Source: Octopus vulgaris (lineage: Eukaryota). Taken from it: DNA of 64,000 bases. Positions 30,960 to 42,689 of this stretch are shown piece after piece (the first letter of the stretch is position 1; the number at the start of each line of letters is the position of its first letter). The translations under genes and the position numbers were made by a program. The stretch covers positions 73,346,001 to 73,410,000 of the forward strand of contig OX597816.1 of NCBI GenBank assembly GCA_951406725.2, written 5' to 3'. A model generated the notes under the pieces. That model saw only the letters and a program-made list of their open reading frames with translations. It was not told the DNA's origin and did not search any database.

Positions 30960-32290
30960 TCCATGACTGTCAACTGCCGCCACCACCGCCACGTTGGTGA
31001 CAATGACCACGCGGACTATCATCATCGTCATCAGTATCAGCATCATTATCTATTATTACCGCCATCGCCACCAGCATCACTTCAACCACCACCTCTTCGC
31101 CACCACCGCCGCCATGATGACTTTGTTCACGACCGTCACCACAAGTAACACCACACGTACTACAACAAGAACAACAACACTAACACGACGCCATAACCAC
31201 CACCAACACCACCATCACCATCACCACCACCACCACCACCGCCACCACAACCACCGCCACCGGCACTAGCAGAGCGACAACCACCACAACCATCGCTACA
31301 ACCACAACCATTCCTACATCCACCACCACCACCAAAACCACGACCAGAACCACCATCACCAACACTACCATCACTAACATCACCACTACCATCTCCACCA
31401 CCACCACCATCACCACCACCACCACCACCACCAGAACTACTATCACCAACACTACACCGACAACCACCACCAGCACTACCATCACTACCACCACCAGCGC
31501 TACCATCTCCACCACCCTCACCACAAACACATCCACTACCAACACTACCACAACCACCACTACCATCTCCACCACCATCACCATCACCTCCACTACCACC
31601 ACAACGACAACTAACAGTAACACTAACATCACCACAACCACCACCACCACAACGACAACCCCCACCAACACTACCATCACCACCGCCACCACCATCGCCA
31701 CCACTACCTTCTTACAACTAATACTTCTAGCTAGTTGCACCACACTGTGCCACATTACACAGAATAAAACACTACCGCCAACACTTCACATACAATGTAC
31801 TACGACTGACAATATAACTAAAGGCCACCACCACAACCCTGAATACCACCACCACCACCACTGCCACTGCAAACAACACCACTATTACTAACACCAGATC
31901 ACCAGGACCACCACCACCACCACTACCATCAACACCACCGCTTCCATTACCACCAACACCACCACTACAATCAACCACTACAACCACTATCAGCACCAAT
32001 ACCATCACCACCACCACGACCACGATCATCACCACCACCACTACTACTACCATTACCCCCACCACTACCATATCCACCACCACCATCACCACCACCACCA
32101 CGACTACTATCACCAAAATTATTGTCATCACCAGTACCATTACACTACCATCCCACCCACCCCGATTATATTGCATCATACCACGCCAGAGTACACCGTA
32201 CCAAACGCTAAACTAATGCCACCGTTATTTTTACCATGCACCAAACACCATACGAAAAGCACCGCCGCCAACATCACCACCACCACTACC
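30960..32290. repeat. Degenerate (CAC/ACC)n trinucleotide array
   Basis: Direct inspection; poly-V/T/H pseudo-ORFs. Confidence 0.9.
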
Positions 32291-32500
32291 TATTTCTTTA
32301 CTACACACAGAGGGGACAAACAAGGACAGACAAACGGATTAAGTCGATTATATCGACTCCAGTGCGTAACTGGTACTTATTTAATCGACCCTGAGAGGAT
32401 GAAAGGCAAAGTCGACCTCGGCTGAATTTGAACTCAGAACGTAGCGGCAGACGAAATACCGCTAAGCATTTCGCCCGGCGTGCTAACGATTCTGCCAGCC
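32290..32500 (-). mobile_element. SINE family A, full length
   Basis: Reverse complement of 54685-54910. Confidence 0.9.
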
Positions 32501-33139
32501 CTCGCCACCACTACCATCAATACGCCAACCATCAGCATCACCACGCTATACCATCACCCACAATACTAATCACACAGGCTAGGCCAGGCAAGGCCAGGCC
32601 ACACCTTAAAAGCACAACGGCCACGCCAAGCTTACGATACGGCATACAAAAGTCCAACACCGCGTCGTCACGCAGTCACACTAAGCAGTTCAATACATCA
32701 CACCATATCAAACATCACATCACTGAACACCATAACGAAAACATCATCACGCATCCATTATATGAATCACATTATACAATCATCCGTTATATAATCCACC
32801 ATTTTGAGAACACAACACCTAGGCCTCCTCATGTCACACCCCTTTTTGTGCCATACAACACGGCGTTACACTTTAAGAAGCACCATTTCTGTTTCAATTC
32901 ACCCCCTATCATATCGATAAATAAATAAATGAATAAATGAATAAATAAATAATGCAGGGGCACATTGGATAATGGTAGTCTTAGAAACATTATGAGAGAA
33001 AAACAGACGGATTGGTCACGGTTGAAAGGTCTTTCTTTGATAATAGCTAACCCGGGGCCTGTTAAACAATAGCAAGCGATCATAACGACTACTTTTGATC
33101 ATAGGTTTGCTCGCTCAGAGCTGACCCGGGGCTATACTA

Positions 33140-33870
33140 AAACAACAACGATGACAGCGACGACAACGACGGGGACGATGTCGACGGGGACGATGTCGAC
33201 GGCGACGACAACGACGTCGACGACGATGACGACGATGAGACAACGGTGACGATGACAACGGTGATGACAATGACAGCGACGACGACGACGACGATAACGA
33301 CAACGGCGACGATGACAACGATGACAGCGACGACGACGACGATAACGACGACAACGATGACGACAACGGCGACGATGAAAACGATGAGACCGACGACGAC
33401 GACGGTGACGATGTCGACGGCGACGACAACCAAGTCGACAACGATGACGACGATAACGACAACGATGGCGACAACGGCGACGATGACAACGATGACGACG
33501 ATGACAGCGACGACGATGACGACGATAACGATGACAGCTACGACGACGATGATAGCGACGATGACGACGATGGCGACGACGACGACGATAACGACAACAA
33601 CGATGACAACAACGGCGACGATGACAGCGACGACGTCGATGATGACAACGATGATGACGACGACGTCGATGATGATAACGATGATAACGACGACGACGAC
33701 GACTGCAACGACGACAATGATGTCGACGACGACGACGACAACGATGACAACGATGACAGCGACGACAACGACGACGGCGACGAGCACGAACGTTAATATA
33801 AATATCCATGCTAGCAGTGACAGCATCGACAATTAACAACAGCACCATCAATAGCAACAACATCAACAAC
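33140..33870. repeat. (GAC/GAT/AAC)n CpG-rich trinucleotide array
   Basis: Direct inspection. Confidence 0.95.
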
Positions 33871-33889
33871 ATTCCACTAACATGTATCT

Positions 33890-34080
33890 TTCATCTTTCA
33901 CCTTTTACTTGTTTCAGGCATTAGACTGCGACCATGCTGGGGCACCGCCTTGAAGAATTTTAAGCTTGGTACTCATTCTATCGGTCTGTTTTGCCGAACC
34001 ACTAAATTACGGGGACGTAAACACACCAACACCGACTGCCAAGTAGTGGTGGGGGACAGATACAGACACAAAGACACACA
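33890..34080 (-). mobile_element. SINE family B, 3' half
   Basis: Similarity to other copies. Confidence 0.8.
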
Positions 34081-34119
34081 CACGCCCACACGCACACACA
34101 TACACACACAGCCATATAT

Positions 34120-35935
34120 ATGGGGCCTCACTATGATCCAGCGCCCCGACCCTCCCGAACAACTCGTTTTCAGGGGAGTTACTGAGTGCTCTTGGGCTTT
34201 TACTTCTGTTTCAAATCTGGCAGATCTTTTCCTTTTGAACGGCACTTTGTAACATAATTTCTAGGTAACTAAAAAGTTTTAAACTTCGTATACTGGTAGA
34301 ATGTGTTTATAAAACATCATTTTCTCTTGGCTTTACTGAGAAAATTCTATAGTTTGTAAGATATTTCGTTTGAATTTTCTTGCATTTCGGCAATTTTAAC
34401 CAATCAATTACCTCCATTGACGTAAATAACATTCTGTGCATAATGAATATGTCCCTCCTTTAAGAAACAGATACCCTTCTCCAACCCCTAACCCTAACCC
34501 TAAATCTAAAATAGATTGAAATGCAATAGATCGATACTAGGGTTATAATTATGGGTGACAATTTCATTTGACACTGCTAGAAAAAATCCCATTTTCCGTA
34601 GCGATGACGTATGAAATTGTCACCCATAATTATAACCCTAGTGTCGATCTATTGCATTTCAATCTATTTTAGATTTAGGGTTAGAGTTAGGGTTAGGGTT
34701 AGGGTTAGGGGTGGGGGAAAGGTATCTTTTTTTCTTCGCAAATGTAAATAAACCCAATCTGTTTCTTAAACGAGTGACATATTCATACAGCACGGAATCT
34801 TTTCACCCCAAATGGAGGTCAGCGATTGGTTAAAATTGCCGAAATGCTTGAAATTAAAGTGGAAATATGTTACAACATATAGAATTTTCTCAATAAAGCC
34901 AAGAAAAAATAATGTTTTATAAACACATTCTATACGAAGTTTAAAAGTGTTTAGTTAACTAGAAATTGTGTTGACATGTGCCGTTCAAAAGGAAAAGATC
35001 CTGTCTTCCCATATCGGAGCCAGACATTTTTCCAATTTTGCACTGCTCAAAGTGCTTAAATTTCTTTGCTGAATGACAGTATGTTTTGAAAACAACTTTC
35101 CTTCTTTTCAATTTTTCAACACTAGGTGAGGATGATATTTTTATATCAATCCCCTCTTCTTTCATTTTTTCAAAAAGCTGGGAGAGCTTTTCCTTTGGTA
35201 GTTCGACGTTTTCAGTAGCCACCGCAGTAACTGCTGAAAAATTTCTTAACTGGCTCTTCCAGTGAATTTTTCTCTGAAATTATTTCGACCGACATATTCG
35301 TACAAAATAAATTTATACACAATTTAATCCCAGAAAACGGGAAACCTATAATTGTTTTACTTTTTTTTTTTCTCTCAACGAGGACAACAGTTCAAATCCC
35401 ACCCCCACGGGGTGGGGGCGAGACGTAGCAACACAGCATACAACGGTCGAAATTAAATTTTTCACACAATAATAAAAATACGATATCCCAAAAACGGGAA
35501 AGCTATTTGTATTTTTTTTCTTTTCCTCACAACGGAGACAACAGTTCAAATCCACAATAAAACCTACAACGGCTAAAATTTAATTTTTCCCACATTAATA
35601 AATTGATTATCCCCAAAAACGGGAAACCTATAATATTTTTTCCTCTTAATGAGGATAACAGTTCAAATCCCACCCCCGCTGGGGTGGGGGAGGGGCACGA
35701 CAATAAAGCCTATAATTTCAACAATTCACAACTGCAAAAATGGCTTTACACAAACAATTACTTTCTCCCGTCACCGGGGAAAAAACACAAAAATTTTCAA
35801 AGTTTAACAATTCAACAATGTTCAACAGTTCGAAAATGTTCAACAATAAACAGTCAACAATTCCAACAGAAAAATTATCCAACGTTCAACAAAACGTTTA
35901 ACTCGCCGCCAAAAAGGACACGTCCAACCACGAGA
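34120..35935 (-). mobile_element. Probable 5' UTR and ORF1 start of an L1/Tx1-like LINE, interrupted by a foldback element
   Basis: ORF MATENVELPKEKL..SGSDMGRQ (35222-35002) appears to resume as ARFETEVKAQEHSVTPLKT beyond the insert; ~130-bp subrepeats (aaaacgggaaa..aacagttcaaatcc) at 35330-35700. Confidence 0.5.
34222..35001. mobile_element. Foldback/MITE DNA element, copy 1, with long TIRs containing (CCCTAA)n/(TTAGGG)n
   Basis: Ends gatcttttccttttgaacggca / tgccgttcaaaaggaaaagatc; almost the whole element is an inverted repeat centred near 34590. Confidence 0.9.
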
Positions 35936-36599
35936 CATTTAAGTAAGCTACTTACCACTCCTGCGCCTATGATATCGCGACTAAACTAACTTCACATGCA
36001 TAGTGATTTTATAAATCCTACTTTAAAATGGATTGTATAAGATTTTAAAAGTAAAATTATATAAAACGAATAAAGTCAAAAGCTGTCAATTTACTTTATA
36101 CATTACAAGGTCATGACTTCCCTCTGTCTGATGCGATCTCATTATATTTTTATAAACATTGCTAGTTTTTATCAGGTTCAATGTAATTACAACTACAGGC
36201 AAAATTTACTATTAATTATGTTACATCACCTAAAGCCTAAACCCCGCTTCAACATACCCAGTGACCCCCTGGGAGTCGTAAATCCCACGCTGGGAACTTC
36301 TGGTGTAAATTGGGCCTGTTAAAAAAAGGAGTCAAATTTTCCTCATCATACACTTTTCCTGGAAGACACATGGGACAATGTAGTCATTAATATGTAGAGA
36401 AACTGGAAAATTCTTGATAATGGGTTTTTTCGACCATAAGTGGCCTAGGGCTAAACAACGGGAAGGACGGGAAATCAAAGTTAACCTCGGTGGAATTTGA
36501 ACTCAGAACGTAAAGACGAACGAAATACCAATTTCTTTATTGCCCACTGGGGGGCCAAACATAGAAATGGACAGAACAACTTATAGGATCAGTGAAGCG

Positions 36600-37945
36600 A
36601 TATGATTTTACATGTAATGTGACTTTAAAAATTTAAATACAATATATAAAAAATCGAATGGAATTAACAATACACAAACAATACAAATGAAGCGATGATC
36701 AGGTCACGTTCCGACCCCACAAGCCCCGATCTACCGCTGGTACCTTTTTTTTTCGTTTTTTCCGTCTATTCACACGGTTCCTTGCACGCACAACACTCGT
36801 GCAACATGCTTCCATCTCTTTTGGAACGTACACTCCGACAGACACCTCTTCTCCAGCCGCAGCTTCCTTTTCAAGTGAAAAGAAAAAAAATGATCGTAAG
36901 TTGTGGCAGAGATAAAGTTGCCTGTCTTAATTCCTTTTATCCTAGTCTTCCATACTGCCTCTTTTGCTATTCCTACAACCGTGAGAAAACAATTCTTACC
37001 TTGGATCTTTTCCTTTTGAACGGCAGATGTCAACACAATTTCTAGTTAACTAAACACTTTTAAACTTCGTATACTGGTAGAATGTGTTTATAAAACATCA
37101 TTTTTTCTTGGCTTTATTGAGAAAATTCTATAGTTTGTAAGATATTTCGTCTGAAATTTCGAGCATTTCGGCAATTTTAACCAATCGCTCACCTCCATTT
37201 GGGGTTAAAAAGATTCCGTGCTGTATGAATATGTCCCTTGTTTAAGAAACAGATTGGGTTTATTTACATTTGCGAAGAAAAAAGATACCCTTCCCCCACC
37301 CCTAACCCTAACACTAACCATAACTCCTAACCCTAACCCTAACCCTAATCCTAAAATAGATTGAAATGCAATAGATCGATACTAGGGTTATAATTATGGG
37401 TGACATTTTCATTTGACACCGCTAGAAAAAAATCCCATTTTCCGTAGCGGTGTCGTATGAAATTGACACCCAAAATTATGACTCTAGTATCGATCTATTG
37501 CATTTCAATCTATTTTAGGATTAGGGTTGGGGTTAGGGCTAGGGGTGGGGGAAAGGTATCTTTTTTCTTCGCAAATGTAAATAAGCCCAATCTGTTTCTT
37601 AAACAAGGGACATATTCATACAGCACGGAATCTTTTTAACCCCAAATGGAGGTGACCGATTGGTTAAAATTGCCGAAATGCTCGATTTTAAAGTGGAAAT
37701 ATGTTACAACATATAGAATTTTCTCAATAAAGAAAAAATGATGTTTTATAAACACATTCTACCAGTATACGAAGTTTAAAAGTGTTTAGTTAACTAGAAA
37801 TTGTGTTGACATCTGCCGTTCAAAAGGAAAAGATCGCTTACCTTCGTTCGTTAGAACTCCCGGTGGGTCAATTTTTATAATTGATTCAGTCGACAGCCAG
37901 ATAAAAAGAAGCGACCAAATCATCGACATGCGCAGGCCTGTCTGC
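36600..37945 (-). pseudogene. 3' end of an L1/Tx1-like ORF2, split by foldback element copy 2
   Basis: LSTESIIKIDPPGVLTNEGK|NCFLTVVGIAKEAVWKTR..FHLKRKLRLEKR..FQKRWKHVA reads through after removing the insert and one TSD. Confidence 0.7.
37003..37836. mobile_element. Foldback/MITE DNA element, copy 2, with 8-bp TSD CTTACCTT
   Basis: TSD at 36995-37002 and 37837-37844; ~400-bp arms with telomeric hexamers; near-identical to copy 1. Confidence 0.92.
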
Positions 37946-38467
37946 GCTGCTAGGTAATCACATTGTTCCAGGTTCATTCCCACTGCGTGTCACTTTGGGG
38001 AAATGTCTTCTACTATAGCCTCGAACCGACCAAAGCCTTCTGAGTGCATTTGGTAGACGGAAACTCTACCCCGTCACACACTCGCGCGCGCATACATGCA
38101 CACGCACACAGGCACACACGCACGCACACACAAACACACATATATGATTAATGGGAGAGACAGATGATAGAAGATGTTTGTTGATCGCTACAATTGTTTC
38201 GACCGATCTAGCATCGGGTGGGATGCTGATCGGTCGAAACAATAAACGTTTTCGTAGCTTCCATCCTCCATCTTTCACTGATCAAAGACCCAACAAACAT
38301 TGTGAAACTGAACGTACTTTACCGGTAAGCTACCTTGTGTGGGACGTACGATTTATGATCCGATACACACACACACACACACACATACACATACACACAC
38401 ATATACACAAGAGTGAATAGACAAACGACAGAAGGTCACTCAACACATTTATTAGGAGTTACATATA

Positions 38468-38601
38468 TAGATTAAAACAGTTTCAGTCAGAATCCTTGGT
38501 ACTCCGAGTTTCAAGCGTGATGCTAGTTTTCGGTCATTCAAACTCCAATGGCTAACGACTAGCCACGTGCTTCAAAATCAAGGATTTTGAATCAAACTGT
38601 T

Positions 38602-38610
<9 letters not shown>
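38468..38610. mobile_element. Small element with ~33-bp imperfect inverted ends
   Basis: tagattaaaacagtttcagtcagaatccttgg versus reverse complement of tcaaggattttgaatcaaactgtttctatcta. Confidence 0.45.
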
Positions 38611-38669
<59 letters not shown>

Positions 38670-38673
38670 GCTA

Positions 38674-38723
<50 letters not shown>

Positions 38724-38751
38724 AAAAAGGAGTGTGGAACACGAGTTGTGA

Positions 38752-39070
38752 TATATAAAAAAAGGAAATGAAGAAAATGCTGACAAAATAATTTAAGTAA
38801 GGGAGAGTGTATTTAATTAGATGAAAGTTCTTTTTACCGGTTGCGCATTTGTTATGCTTATCAAAAGATATTTTTTAAAGAGAGATAGAGTTTCTTTCTG
38901 ATAGATTTTTTCTTTTATAAGAGAAAAAGAACTATCAGAAAGGAACTCTATCTCTCTTTAAAAATATCTTTTGATAAGCATAACAAATGCGCAACCGGTA
39001 AAAAGAACTTTCACCTAACTAAATACACTCTCCCTTACTTAAATTATTTTGTCAGCATTTTCTTCATTTC

Positions 39071-39080
<10 letters not shown>
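38752..39080. repeat. ~330-bp near-perfect palindrome in (TA)n; each arm holds a variant hammerhead (38829-38868 -, 38967-39006 +)
   Basis: aaaggaaatgaagaaaatgctgacaaaataat... mirrored; TTGATAA|gcat-aacaa-atgc|GCAA|ccgg|TA. Confidence 0.85.
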
Positions 39081-39119
<39 letters not shown>

Positions 39120-39122
<3 letters not shown>

Positions 39123-39720
39123 GTGGTAATTCTTCAACAAGTGGAATAGCACTCGGTCAGCTAAGACAGTAAAGGTAATATTATAACAAAAACCACAAGT
39201 CCAGTTAAATACAGCTAGCCTGTGTTTCCTGGTTGAAACATTAATTTATTTCGCCATTTTTTCACTATTGTTTGTCATGTGTCTTTTGAGCAGATGATGT
39301 TTAAACAAGGGACACTGATGAAGAAGACAAAAACACCTACCAACGTTACAATCAACCAATGTCAAGAAGATGTAAGCAATATATTAATGATTTATTATGT
39401 CTAGTGATCTATTCTCAAATTCTGTTAAGATGTATTTATTGAAGTATAGACATATAACAAAATTCTCGTTCCTGGAATTTATGTACTCGTTGGCAGCTCT
39501 CGAGTTCTTTAAGAGATATAACTTTTTAAAGAGAACATACTGAGCGTCTTTTGGACCCGTTAACACAGGGTCTGGCTTTGGAGACAATTTTCCATTTGAT
39601 GTCGATATTTAGGCACCATGATAGGATACATTCAACAACCCTTTCGGCTTTAGTCTGGGGTCTTAAAGTGGAAGAGACCAGCAACGTGGATGTGTCTCCT
39701 CCTGACACAATGAAAGGTAC
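39120..39720 (-). pseudogene. Penelope-like element C-terminus (end of GIY-YIG region) and 3' flank
   Basis: IDIKWKIVSKARPCVNGSKRRSVC then, after a frameshift, KLYLLKNS...INSRNE..ICLY.NKYIL, resembling the Penelope W.I...A.PY....KRC.LC..EK...LN.R.E...C.H motif. Confidence 0.7.
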
Positions 39721-40562
39721 TATAATGTTTATGCATATACACTACGATATATGTTCACAATTCGTATAACACTGACACAAACAAACACATACGCACGCAC
39801 ACACACACACATGCATACAGACAGTCTTCACTCTGCTGCTATTAATTATAATATCACCACCGATAAGAACAACAGCAACAGCAACAACAACAACGCTAAC
39901 ACCATTAGTGGTGTGTATGTCAGAAAATCTGTTTACACTGTCCATTTTTTTATTCAAAGTTACTAAAGCAAATCTAATGATTTGAAGAAAAGACCTTTGC
40001 TTTTCTTTCCTATGGCATTTTAGCAAACCTCATCTTCCCTATTGTACACGAGAGAGACTGTGTGTGTGAAAGTGTTTGTGTGTATGTGACTGTGTATCTG
40101 TGTGTCTGTGTATGTGTGTGCGTGTACGCTTGCGTGTGTGTATGTGCTTCTGGGTGTACACATACACAAAGACATATATATGTGTACATGCATATACAAC
40201 ACACACACACACGCATTCACATACACACACATATATAATTATGTATATATATGTATCAAAATACACGGATATTGATGAATACATACATGTATATATATGT
40301 ATATATCTATCAATCTATATATACAGATGTATTATATATATATGTGTACATATTATTCATACGTATACACACATACACACACACACACACACACATATAC
40401 ATATTTATATATATATATATATACATACACATATATATATACACACATATACATACATATACATTATATAAGTGGCTGTCTTTTGCCTGCTCTCCCTCTC
40501 CCTCCCTTTCTCTCCATCTCTCTCTTTCTCTCTTTTTATTCTCTGTCGCTCTCACCCCTCTT

Positions 40563-40594
<32 letters not shown>

Positions 40595-40959
40595 TACCAC
40601 TCCCTCCCTCTTTCTCTCTCTCTCTCTCTCTCTCTCACTCATTGTCTTTCTTATGTCACTTTCAGTGCTTTGTTCTCTCTCCTTCTTCTTTGTCCTCTTA
40701 TTCTCCTTTATTCGGTCAGGGAATGTTTCTGGAATTTCGTCAAAATATTCTAAGTTGTATGAATTGAGTAGTTTATTAAAGAATGGAATGACCAAACAGC
40801 AGCAACAACAACAAAAACAGCAACAGCAGCAGCAACAACAACAACAACAGTGACGACTACTACCATCACTACCACCACCATCACTACCATCACCACCGCC
40901 GATGCTACCCCAGCTCCACCATAACAATTGTTATTTGCACAAATTTCGATGAAGACTAT

Positions 40960-41093
40960 GTTAATGATGATGATGGAGAGGAGGAGGAGGGAGGAGGAGA
41001 AGGAGAATGGGAAGAAGAGGGATTGTGTGAAAGCAGAGGAAGGAAGAGAGGAGACGGAGGAAGAGGATAATCAAAAGTGAATAGGGAAGGTAA

Positions 41094-41141
<48 letters not shown>

Positions 41142-42000
41142 GAAGAGGAGGAGGAGGGGTAGAGGAGGTGGAGGAGGTGGAGGAGGAAACAATGACGACG
41201 ACGACGATGACGGGGAACGGAGGAGGGAAAGAGAAAGAAGAGGAGGAAAAGGAGGAAGAGGTGGAGTAGAAGAGCAAGAAACGGAGGAGGAGCAAGAAGC
41301 GGAAGAAGAAGAAGAAGAAGAAGAAGAAGAAGAAGAAGAAGAAGAAGAAGAAGAAGAAGAAGAAGAAGAAGAAGAAGAAGAAGAAGAGCAATAATGGCAA
41401 AAATAACCTTTGTTATGAATAACGTGAAGGAAATGGCAACGAAACTAGCAGAAGATTGAAGAAAAAAGAATGATTGAAGAATAAAGAATGATTGAAGAAA
41501 GAAAGAAATAAAGCGATACAGAAAAAAGAAAGAAAAACGAAAGAACACAAGGAAGAAACAGAGGAACGAAGAAAAAAGAAGGAAAACAGAATGGAAGTAA
41601 AAAAGAAAGAAAGGTATAAGAAAGATAAGAAAAAGAAAGAAAACAGGAAGAAAGAAAAAGAAAGAATGACAGAAAACAGAAAGAAAGAAAGAAAGAAAGA
41701 AATAGGAAAAAGAAAGGAAAAGAATAAAAGAAGCGAGGACAAAAGAAAAAGAAGGAATGGAAATGAAAAAAAAAACGAAAGCAAAAAAGGATGGAAGAAG
41801 AGACAGAAGGGGGAAACATGACAGGGCAAATTAAGGAAAAGAAATTGGAAGAAGTCGAGGAAGAGGAAGAAGAGAGAAAAAGAATGTAAAACGGATAAAC
41901 AGGGAAGAAATGTAGAACGATGACGAAAAAATGTACAAATAGAAGGAAAAAGAGAAAGAAAGGCGAAAAATGAAAACAGAACGGGAAAAGCTGACAGACA
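40960..42000. repeat. ~1-kb polypurine low-complexity tract including (GAA)n, (GGA)n, (AGT)n
   Basis: Direct inspection. Confidence 0.9.
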
Positions 42001-42007
42001 GACAGAC

Positions 42008-42040
<33 letters not shown>

Positions 42041-42041
<1 letters not shown>

Positions 42042-42291
42042 AGGGAGAGTTTACGAAAAAAAACAAAAGACGAAGACAGGTGGTGTACAAAACAAACAGA
42101 TGTATTAGTATAACGCTCAGGAATAGAAAAAGTCTTTTACTTTTCGAGCCTACGCTCTTCTGCAGAAAGGGACTCAGAAAAAAAACAAGGAGAGAAGCAA
42201 AGAGAGGAAAACGGAGAGAGAAAAGGAGAGAAAAGAAGGAGAGAAACAAGGAGAGAAAAAATATGTGTAGTGGCTAACGATCTATCATGGC

Positions 42292-42292
<1 letters not shown>
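42041..42292 (-). mobile_element. Family H1 short Penelope-like element, hammerhead-like motif at 42134-42169 (core CUGCAGA)
   Basis: Minus strand cttt|CTGCAGA|a gagc-gtag-gctc|GAAA|ag|TA|aaag. Confidence 0.7.
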
Positions 42293-42389
<97 letters not shown>

Positions 42390-42654
42390 CAGATAGGGCG
42401 CAGAGAAGCTGATCACCGAAAAGAGGTCTTTAAAATAAAGAATGAAGTGTTATAATGAAAAAACAAAATGGAAGAGTGAAATGAAACGAAACTAATCCCA
42501 GTGTGATACCAAAAGAACAAAAAAATATATTTCCAAATACGAAACAGAAAACCGCTAATGTGCGCATGCGTGATGAATAGCAGAACTGTAAATGGAAACA
42601 CTTCTTTCCATGTGCTCATTATTACCATCATCATCATCATCATCATTATCATCA

Positions 42655-42685
<31 letters not shown>

Positions 42686-42689
42686 CATT

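Noticed and set aside
33132-33872. Arg/Cys/His-rich protamine-like ORF
   Set aside because: Reverse-strand reading of the (GAC/GAT)n array; other frames are equally open.
34480-37560. (CCCTAA)n/(TTAGGG)n as a telomere or fusion site
   Set aside because: Only a few units, embedded symmetrically within the arms of a mobile element.
39314-39345. CTGATGA near the Penelope fragment
   Set aside because: No pairing stem II or GAAA at the right spacing, and on the strand opposite the element.
41077-42277. Glu/Lys/Arg-rich and Phe/Leu-rich ORFs
   Set aside because: Polypurine low-complexity tract.
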